IMG/VR virus record: IMGVR_UViG_3300031760_000001
Location: 96,001 to 160,000 of that record
Direction: 5' to 3' (one strand)
DNA: 64,000 bases
From: a virus
Taxonomy: Duplodnaviria > Caudoviricetes
The position numbers and the translations under genes were made by a program. The notes under the pieces were generated by a model. The model searched no databases. It was given only the letters and a program-made list of their open reading frames with translations, and was not told where the DNA came from. Positions 57,431-64,000 of this stretch are shown one piece after another (position 1 is the stretch's first letter; each line of letters begins with the position of its first letter).

Positions 57431-59338
57431 ATGGGAAAAAACAATACTGTAAGTAAAGCATACGAAATTCTGAAGACATATGACGGAACCAACAACCAAA
57501 TCCGTTATTACAAGTCGTTGTATGACAACAACAGGCTTATCCTTGAAGATTTTGGTGTGCAATATATATTAAACAATTATGACTATGAACCAATCGAGGT
57601 TAATAAGAATGTGAAGATAGCTCCAGAACTTGGTGAGGTTATAAAGGAGAAATTCAATCTGGATTTTATACCACCAAAAATACATATCACAAGAATTATC
57701 GGTGAAATGGGAGGCAGTTATCACGGTTATGTCAAGTCAAAAAGTGGTTCACAGTTACTTTATCTGAAAAAGAGATATATTCTCGATAAATTGGTTGACA
57801 TTGACTATAAGACACTAGATATTGATTTCAGTGTTTATGACAATATGCCGTCGGCACAGGGTAGAAAATTGAAAGAACACCAAAAAACTGGTGTAAAATT
57901 CCTTGTTGCTAACAAAAAGTGTGTTCTAGCTGACTCAATGGGTACTGGTAAAACCACAACATCAATTATTGCAGCCCTTGCTGGTGGTTATAAAAATATT
58001 CTTATAATCACAACCGCATCATTGAAGACTAGTTGGACTAAAGACCTTGTGTTATATGTACCGAAAGAAGATATAAACATTGTAAGTGGGTCGAAATGGA
58101 CTCCTGGTTCAAAATTCACTGTTATAAACTACGATATTATTGACAATTTCTACGAAGTTCCAATGGAACCTGTTTTTAATATTGAAAATATTTACGATGC
58201 CAAGGGAAATATTGTTGATACACTTAAAGTTCCTGTAATGGTTAAAGACAAAACTACAGGTAAATTGGTTCAAAAAATGCAGAAGTCAAGAAAAAAGGCT
58301 GATATACAGAAAGCGTTGGCTGAATCACCTTTGTTTTGGGAAAACTATGATTGTGTTATTATAGATGAAGCACAAAAATTGTCAAACAATACTTCAATTC
58401 GTTATAAAACTATTTATGATTTCCTGAGAAAATCAAATCCAAGGGCTATTTTCCTGTTAACTGGTACCCCATTAACCAATAGACCAATCAACCTTTACCA
58501 TATTCTTAAATTAATTGATGCCGACATTACCAGGGATTATAATTATTTTCTTAAACGGTATTGTGGTGGTGTTGAATTACAACTTAAAGACGGTAGAACT
58601 ATTATCAAACACGGTGATGCTACCAATTTGGATGAATTAAGGGAAAGAATCAAGGATATCTACATCAGAAGATTGGCTTCCGAAACAGGTGAAATGGTTG
58701 GAAAAACAGTTATTAGAAAATATTATGACCTTAATGAGAAACAAAGCATTGAATATGATAGGCTTTGGAACGAATACCAGAATGCACAGGAGAATATTGG
58801 TAAATATGACAGTGACCAATACCGCCAGTTGGTTGAGGGTATGCTTGTAAGACAATATCTTGCAAAAGAAATGACCAAGAATACCATTGATTTGGCTGAA
58901 GAATACATTGACAGTGGTGAAAAGGTTGTCATTATTACCTGTTTCCAGGAAGAAATGGATATTTTGAAAAAACACTTTGGCAAGTCCTGTGTTGTCTATA
59001 ACGGTAAGATGTTACCTAAACAGAAAGACAAAGCACAAGATGAATTTATGAACAATCCTAAGATTAAAGTGTTCATTGGACAAGTAATCGCTTGTGGTGT
59101 TGGACTTTCATTGCCAGTAAGTAAGACAATTATCTTTAATTCATATGATTGGGTTGCTGCTAACAACGCACAATGTGAAGATAGAATTTACCGTTTAACA
59201 CAGACCCGTGATGTTGAGTGTATTTACCAATTGTTTACAGATTCGATTAGTCAAGATATGTTCGATAAGGTTATTTATAAACAACTTATATCTAATCAAA
59301 TTATTAAGTCTGAGAAACAAAAAGAAGCTATAAAATAA
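57431..59338 (+). CDS. SNF2-family (HARP-like) DEAD/H helicase
   Basis: LKEHQKTG, VLADSMGTGKT, ASLKTSW, INYD, IIDEAQ, LTGTP..NRP, IRR, GVGLSL, QCEDRIYR. ATG at 57431. Confidence 0.92.
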   Translation: MGKNNTVSKAYEILKTYDGTNNQIRYYKSLYDNNRLILEDFGVQYILNNYDYEPIEVNKNVKIAPELGEVIKEKFNLDFIPPKIHITRIIGEMGGSYHGYVKSKSGSQLLYLKKRYILDKLVDIDYKTLDIDFSVYDNMPSAQGRKLKEHQKTGVKFLVANKKCVLADSMGTGKTTTSIIAALAGGYKNILIITTASLKTSWTKDLVLYVPKEDINIVSGSKWTPGSKFTVINYDIIDNFYEVPMEPVFNIENIYDAKGNIVDTLKVPVMVKDKTTGKLVQKMQKSRKKADIQKALAESPLFWENYDCVIIDEAQKLSNNTSIRYKTIYDFLRKSNPRAIFLLTGTPLTNRPINLYHILKLIDADITRDYNYFLKRYCGGVELQLKDGRTIIKHGDATNLDELRERIKDIYIRRLASETGEMVGKTVIRKYYDLNEKQSIEYDRLWNEYQNAQENIGKYDSDQYRQLVEGMLVRQYLAKEMTKNTIDLAEEYIDSGEKVVIITCFQEEMDILKKHFGKSCVVYNGKMLPKQKDKAQDEFMNNPKIKVFIGQVIACGVGLSLPVSKTIIFNSYDWVAANNAQCEDRIYRLTQTRDVECIYQLFTDSISQDMFDKVIYKQLISNQIIKSEKQKEAIK

Positions 59339-59399
59339 AAATCCAAACTATTTATAAATAAATAATATAACTTGGGTAATAAAAAATAATATAAATAGT

Positions 59400-60344
59400 A
59401 TGGCAAAGAAAAAGACAAAAGAACAATTTATTTCAGAGGCTGTGTTAATACATGGAAATAAATATGATTATAGTAAATTCAACTATCAAAATGCTCATTA
59501 TAAAAGTATAATTATATGTCCAGAACATGGTGAATTCTGGCAAACGCCACATGAACATATTAGTGGTAAACAAGGATGTCCTAAATGTGGAATTAAAAAA
59601 TGTACAGAAATACATACTAGTAACACTCAGGAATTCATTGAAAAGGCTAAACAAATACACGGTGATAAATATGATTATTCAAAAGTCGAATATATAAATA
59701 ATCACACGAAAGTATGTATAATATGTCCTGAACATGGTGAATTTTGGCAAATACCAAATTCACATTTAAATGGGCATGGATGTCCAATATGTGCTCGTAA
59801 TTATTGTAGGTTAAATTATAATATTTTTATTGAAAGAGCTAATAAAATACATAATAATAGGTATACATATCCAGAATTCATATATAGAAATAATAAACAA
59901 TATATTGAAATTATATGCCCAACACACGGATTATTTAAACAAAAATTAAAAACACATTTAGAGGGGTGTGGGTGTCCAGAATGTTATAAAAGTACGTTGG
60001 AAAATAATATAAGAGAATTTTTGAAGGACAATAATATAGATTTTATAGAACAACAAATGTTTGATTGGTTAAAGTATAAAAATCCGCTTAAGTTAGATTT
60101 TTATTTACCAGACTATAATATAGCGATTGAATGTCAAGGTCAACAACATTATAAACCAATTAAATATTTTGGTGGTGAAGAAAAGTTATCTATAATAAAA
60201 GAACGAGATAAAATTAAAAAAGAATTATGTGAAAAAAACGGAATAAAAATTGTATATTATAGTAATAAGAAAAACACTTGTCATTGTAACATTGAAGACG
60301 TTTATTTAGATTTAGAATTATTATTTAAAGATAATATAAAATGA
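59400..60344 (+). CDS. Free-standing homing endonuclease (DUF723-like Zn repeats plus Vsr/PD-(D/E)XK domain)
   Basis: Three repeats of FIxxAxxIHGxKYDYS...IICPxHG.F.Q...H..G.GCPxC, then LDFYLPDYNIAIECQGQQHY...D..K...C..NGI. Visibly more AT-rich than neighbours. Confidence 0.85.
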   Translation: MAKKKTKEQFISEAVLIHGNKYDYSKFNYQNAHYKSIIICPEHGEFWQTPHEHISGKQGCPKCGIKKCTEIHTSNTQEFIEKAKQIHGDKYDYSKVEYINNHTKVCIICPEHGEFWQIPNSHLNGHGCPICARNYCRLNYNIFIERANKIHNNRYTYPEFIYRNNKQYIEIICPTHGLFKQKLKTHLEGCGCPECYKSTLENNIREFLKDNNIDFIEQQMFDWLKYKNPLKLDFYLPDYNIAIECQGQQHYKPIKYFGGEEKLSIIKERDKIKKELCEKNGIKIVYYSNKKNTCHCNIEDVYLDLELLFKDNIK

Positions 60345-60667
60345 GTGAAGATATAACCAAAAGATTCTTAATCAACAATGATGATACTGGCAGGTTCATT
60401 GTCAAGTCAATGAAAACTGGCAAAACGTATTTCGTCGAGGCTCTTGACAGCGATGAACTAACAAAATGGGGTGATTATAACCCAGCGACAAAAAGATTTG
60501 AAACTGAAAACTACGGTCAGAAATACAAAGGAAGTATAAAACCTGAGGAATCGATGATTACCGAGGAAAACGGTTTCACTAACATTCATACAATCGGTGT
60601 AGGTGTTTCACCTATGGATTATATCAACAAAATCGATAATGAATATTATGAAAAAATGCAAAAATAA
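60341..60667 (+). CDS. Conserved phage hypothetical protein
   Basis: DDTGRFIVKS..TGKTYFVE...WGD.NPATK...YG.KY.GSI..EESMITEENGF. Confidence 0.75.
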   Translation: MSEDITKRFLINNDDTGRFIVKSMKTGKTYFVEALDSDELTKWGDYNPATKRFETENYGQKYKGSIKPEESMITEENGFTNIHTIGVGVSPMDYINKIDNEYYEKMQK

Positions 60668-60819
60668 TGGATACATTGGATTGTAAAAAATGTTATGAAG
60701 AATACCCAGACAGGGCTAAATTATGTGATGAATGTAAAGCTGATACTTTATGCGTAGCTTTTAAAATGTGGTATTACAAAACTTTCAAAAATAATGAGTT
60801 TATTCACAAAAACCAATGA
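60667..60819 (+). CDS. Small CxxC...CxxC protein, 50 aa (not in ORF track)
   Basis: MDTLDCKKCYEEYPDRAKLCDECKADTLCVAFKMWYYKTFKNNEFIHKNQ. TAATG overlap upstream and ATGA overlap downstream. Confidence 0.75.
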   Translation: MDTLDCKKCYEEYPDRAKLCDECKADTLCVAFKMWYYKTFKNNEFIHKNQ

Positions 60820-61409
60820 CTGGATATGAATTCCAAGAAAAATATGGAAAATATCTTACGGAAGCTAAAAAAGACGAAGACGAGGCTGCAAAAGTGATTG
60901 AAAACGCATTCGGTGGCAAATGTTATCACACCACACCAGAAATTGATGTGAAATGCCACACTGATTTAATTTGGGAATCACCTAAAGGTTATTTGTGTGC
61001 AATAGATAAAAAGGCTCCAAAGAAAATAAGCAGAAGTGATACAAAAGCAAGTAAATTTGCTGAGTGGTTTGAGGTACAGAATGTGAACGGTGACCCAGGT
61101 AGTGCAACACCAATGGTTAAAAATCTCGCTAAATACGGTATTATGATTTCAAGTAGTCATGATTATATTATGCAGGAAGCAGGTGATTCATATTTATTCC
61201 TCCAGAGATACAAATTAATGGAACTAATTAAGGAAAACACCGACTTGGAACATCCAGTTCACAAGAACCCCAAAAAACCGTATATTGCATATCAAAGGGA
61301 AAACAGGAAAGACATCATAGTTTTGGTGCCAATTGAAGATTTGGATAAAATTAAACATTTCGGTATTTATAAAAATTTATTGGAAGATAAAAAAGAAAAA
61401 TATAATTAA
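60816..61409 (+). CDS. Putative PD-(D/E)XK nuclease-fold protein
   Basis: D...HTD....AIDKK...WFEVQNVNGDPG motif seen in T4-like phage nuclease-like hypotheticals. Confidence 0.5.
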   Translation: MTGYEFQEKYGKYLTEAKKDEDEAAKVIENAFGGKCYHTTPEIDVKCHTDLIWESPKGYLCAIDKKAPKKISRSDTKASKFAEWFEVQNVNGDPGSATPMVKNLAKYGIMISSSHDYIMQEAGDSYLFLQRYKLMELIKENTDLEHPVHKNPKKPYIAYQRENRKDIIVLVPIEDLDKIKHFGIYKNLLEDKKEKYN

Positions 61410-61411
61410 TT

Positions 61412-61837
61412 ATGGCATTTGATGAATTGAAAGTTGAGGAAATAAACACGGTTGTGTATGTAAAGAACCTTGGTACTGAGATAGACGGTACCAATATATA
61501 CCACTTTTATCTTTCAAGTAACCCTGACGAGGTTTTTGCTGAAGGATGGGGTGATATTCCAGCCTGTAATGTTCCAAGAAAGTTAATAGATTTGGATGAA
61601 TCTATGTATGAACATGTAGTTGAGGTTAAAACTGATATTGTGTTGGATTTGGCACAGAATTGCTGTTGTTTTTCAATGCAGGATTCAAGGGATAACATAA
61701 TAGCCTTAGCTTATGAGAACCTTGACAACGCAGAAGAATACCCAGACCCAAGGATAATAATCCATTTTGGTGACAATATTGATAGTGTTGAAGAAATGTT
61801 TGCTAAGAGAGATGTTGTCTTAAAGTATCTTGATTAA
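61412..61837 (+). CDS. Conserved phage hypothetical protein
   Basis: YVKNLG...YHF...WG..PA...LDLAQN...FSMQDSRDNIIALAYE...HFGD. Confidence 0.75.
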   Translation: MAFDELKVEEINTVVYVKNLGTEIDGTNIYHFYLSSNPDEVFAEGWGDIPACNVPRKLIDLDESMYEHVVEVKTDIVLDLAQNCCCFSMQDSRDNIIALAYENLDNAEEYPDPRIIIHFGDNIDSVEEMFAKRDVVLKYLD

Positions 61838-61876
61838 TTTAAAACGAAATTATATATTAATATTAAATTTATAAAA

Positions 61877-62470
61877 ATGAATACATATTTCACAATAAAT
61901 GGAACGCCTTATGAGCGTAGATGTTTTAGTAATAAAGAGGTTGCTACAGAGGTACTTCCGCGTTTATATGGAAGAGCAATCGAAAAATTGACTTATGGTG
62001 AATTGAATATTATCACTAATATGTTAAATTATGGTTGGACTTTGTTACCGCGATATAATGAGGATTTTATTGATGATGGTGTTGGTAACATGTATTTAAA
62101 CCCAGATTATTCATGGTTTACTTTATGGTGTGATGATGAGACTGATTTACATCAGTATACTTGTAAAATTACTTATGATACCAACCTTGTTAGGTTATAT
62201 GATGACCAACGTTTAGTTGCTACATTTATGACTATCGATGATATGTTTAAGTGTATGAAACAACTTGAAAAAACAGAACCGATTAAAATTAATAGGTATA
62301 CTAATACAAATATCGATAAAAATTTGGAAAGTTTTGATATTTATGGTATTGATGACGAAATATTTCAAAAAAAGACAGAGGTTTTTGAAAATATAGATAA
62401 TACTGACATTGATTTTAAATTAGACACAGATAAGTGTTATGAAATAAAACTTAAAAAAGCTGAAGAATAA
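61877..62470 (+). CDS. Hypothetical protein
   Basis: 197-aa ORF with an upstream TTGATT-17-TATATT. Confidence 0.7.
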   Translation: MNTYFTINGTPYERRCFSNKEVATEVLPRLYGRAIEKLTYGELNIITNMLNYGWTLLPRYNEDFIDDGVGNMYLNPDYSWFTLWCDDETDLHQYTCKITYDTNLVRLYDDQRLVATFMTIDDMFKCMKQLEKTEPIKINRYTNTNIDKNLESFDIYGIDDEIFQKKTEVFENIDNTDIDFKLDTDKCYEIKLKKAEE

Positions 62471-62471
62471 T

Positions 62472-62888
62472 ATGCATATCAATGATAAACTAAAAGACTA
62501 TGTTCCATATGAACAAATGTCTGACTATGAAAAACGACAAGTGGACATGCTTGTTGAACAATATAAAAATGGTTCGTTAAACAGTGATTATGGTGGTATA
62601 TCGCATAACGATGTTGACCGTTTCATCAATACCAGATTAAATCTTGAAGAAATGCACCGCATTAATGAAAAAATCATAGAGGGTGAAAAATCAAAGAATT
62701 ATGAAGCCAATGAAATGAGATATCAGCTTTTTGAGGATAGATGGAAAAATGGTTTCTATGGAAACGATAGGCGTGAAATTCCAAGTAAAGAGGATAGTTC
62801 AGAAGTAAAACAACTTAAGGATGAAGTAAAGTCTCTTAAAGGTGACATTAATGAACTGAAAGAACTGTTAAAGGAAAAACTTAAATAA
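62472..62888 (+). CDS. Hypothetical protein with C-terminal coiled coil
   Basis: EVKQLKDEVKSLKGDINELKELLKEKL heptads. Confidence 0.7.
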   Translation: MHINDKLKDYVPYEQMSDYEKRQVDMLVEQYKNGSLNSDYGGISHNDVDRFINTRLNLEEMHRINEKIIEGEKSKNYEANEMRYQLFEDRWKNGFYGNDRREIPSKEDSSEVKQLKDEVKSLKGDINELKELLKEKLK

Positions 62889-62925
62889 GACCGTGTGGAG
62901 GAAGTTTCTAATATATGAATAACAG

Positions 62926-62953
62926 AAAAGGGTGTCAAAATTGACACCCTTTA
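62926..62953. terminator. Bidirectional terminator between convergent genes
   Basis: aaagggtgtcaa-aa-ttgacacccttt. Confidence 0.85.
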
Positions 62954-62975
62954 TTATTTTACTTAACCTGAAAGG

Positions 62976-63587
62976 TTATTTTTTTAAATTTTCATTAATA
63001 TAGTTACTAACTATTCTATCTACCATTTCTTCCATTGCTTGATTCTGTGGTTGTTGATTAGCTGGAGGATTTGATATACTCTGAGTGAAAGACTGTGGTT
63101 GTTGTTGAGGTTGCTGTTGCTGTGGTTGTTGCTGATTACCACCACTAATTTTATTTATAAGATTTTGACTTCTTGTATTTTTTGCTTGTTGTGTTGTATT
63201 TTGCGCTGTATTATAATTATTTTGTGCATTAGTAGCATTTTGACCTGCAGATTGAACAGCTTTCTGAATCTGTGCAATTAACATATTCAAACCCTGTTTA
63301 ATATTAAAGTCACCATATCTTTGTTGCATATTATTAAGATATGCTAAATCTTTTTGACTAGCGTTTGTAATTTGTTTATTGGTTTTATTAGCTGTACGCA
63401 TGGTTTGTTTTGCTTGTTTTTGTGCTTCTTTAGCGTTCTGAACACCAGCATCGTTTCTATAATTACTATAGGCTTGTTTTGCACCTCTGAACATATCGCC
63501 AAAGAATCCTTCATTCATGTTTTCATTGATTGCCCTAACAACCATATCTCTTAACTGACTTTCAGTTATAGTAATATTTTGTTTCAT
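62976..63587 (-). CDS. Gln/Asn-rich helical protein with an ITESQL...NE leader (possible internal virion protein)
   Basis: MKQNITITESQLRDMVVRAINENMNEGFF, poly-Q/P linker, C-terminal MVDRIVSNYINENLKK. GATATTTATA upstream. Confidence 0.7.
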   Translation of the reverse strand: MKQNITITESQLRDMVVRAINENMNEGFFGDMFRGAKQAYSNYRNDAGVQNAKEAQKQAKQTMRTANKTNKQITNASQKDLAYLNNMQQRYGDFNIKQGLNMLIAQIQKAVQSAGQNATNAQNNYNTAQNTTQQAKNTRSQNLINKISGGNQQQPQQQQPQQQPQSFTQSISNPPANQQPQNQAMEEMVDRIVSNYINENLKK

Positions 63588-63643
63588 ATTGTTATAATAT
63601 ATTTTAATTCATTATTCTATTATAAATATCATTCAATTTTAAA

Positions 63644-64000
63644 TTATTTTATATAAATTCCTAAAGGAACTGCACGTCTTATTTCTATCAAATTCTTTAC
63701 TAAACCAGCCTGTTTCTCCATTTGGTCATATGGACTTAATCTGGTTAATCTTTCAGTCAATGCTGTCATTGCCTCTTTTTTCTCATTCTGACCGAATGTT
63801 ATCAACATATTGTAGTCCATTGTTAGATTGCTTGCAACCATATTAATGTTACCTGAGAATTTACCTCTAACAAAACCGAGTGTTTCAGCAGCCTCACCAA
63901 CAAGCAATTGTCTGACGATTGTTTTTGACGGGTCATTCAGGAAAGCAAAATCCATTTTACTTAAAGGTATCTGGTCAGGTGACAAAAGGACATCACTGCC
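63644..64000 (-). CDS. Neck protein (T4 gp13-like), 3' part
   Basis: ETLGFVRGKFSG....LTMDYNML...GQNEK...L...L.....PLGIY resembles the gp13 C-terminus. The gene starts beyond the window. Confidence 0.65.
   Translation of the reverse strand, partial: GSDVLLSPDQIPLSKMDFAFLNDPSKTIVRQLLVGEAAETLGFVRGKFSGNINMVASNLTMDYNMLITFGQNEKKEAMTALTERLTRLSPYDQMEKQAGLVKNLIEIRRAVPLGIYIK

Noticed and set aside
3101-63554. Numerous short antisense or nested ORFs in the track (e.g. 43188-43571, 44442-44897, 29676-30131)
   Set aside because: They lie opposite or within long genes with clear motifs and look like shadow ORFs.
1-64000. Stop-codon reassignment as in some gut megaphages
   Set aside because: Standard-code ORFs are long and tile the window. 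TAG ends the gp6-like gene at a plausible C-terminus and TGA ends several genes cleanly.

Overview
An AT-rich, very gene-dense 64 kb segment of a large contractile-tailed (myovirus-type, T4-like/jumbo) bacteriophage genome, read with the standard genetic code and mostly on the minus strand. Virion genes: several giant structural proteins (one of 3000 aa), gp6-like baseplate wedge, gp25, hub proteins with NlpC/P60-like and peptidase-M15 domains, a LysM/gp53-like protein, a tube-initiator-like protein with an OmpA-like insert, tape measure, gp26/gp51-like pair, tail tube, a 1322-aa tail sheath and neck/head-tail proteins. Replication/nucleotide genes: class II ribonucleotide reductase, DnaB/gp41 helicase, 5'-3' exonuclease, RecA/UvsX, thymidine kinase, gp32-like SSB and an SNF2 helicase. 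A Bacteroidota host is suggested only indirectly (few recognisable Shine-Dalgarno motifs, Hc1-like and PspC genes). Beyond the ORF track I found a 59-aa PspC gene, a 50-aa CxxC protein, an internally deleted homing-endonuclease relic, a palindrome-dense non-coding locus at about 55.6-55.8 kb and two oriented promoter-like motif classes. The most promising candidate system is a shared N-terminal 'I(S/T)ESxL...(L/M)NE' leader, possibly a capsid-loading tag, one copy of which is fused to a phosphoribosyltransferase. There is also a stand-alone protein resembling only the N-terminus of the major capsid protein. All family calls are from motif recognition by eye; no searches were run.
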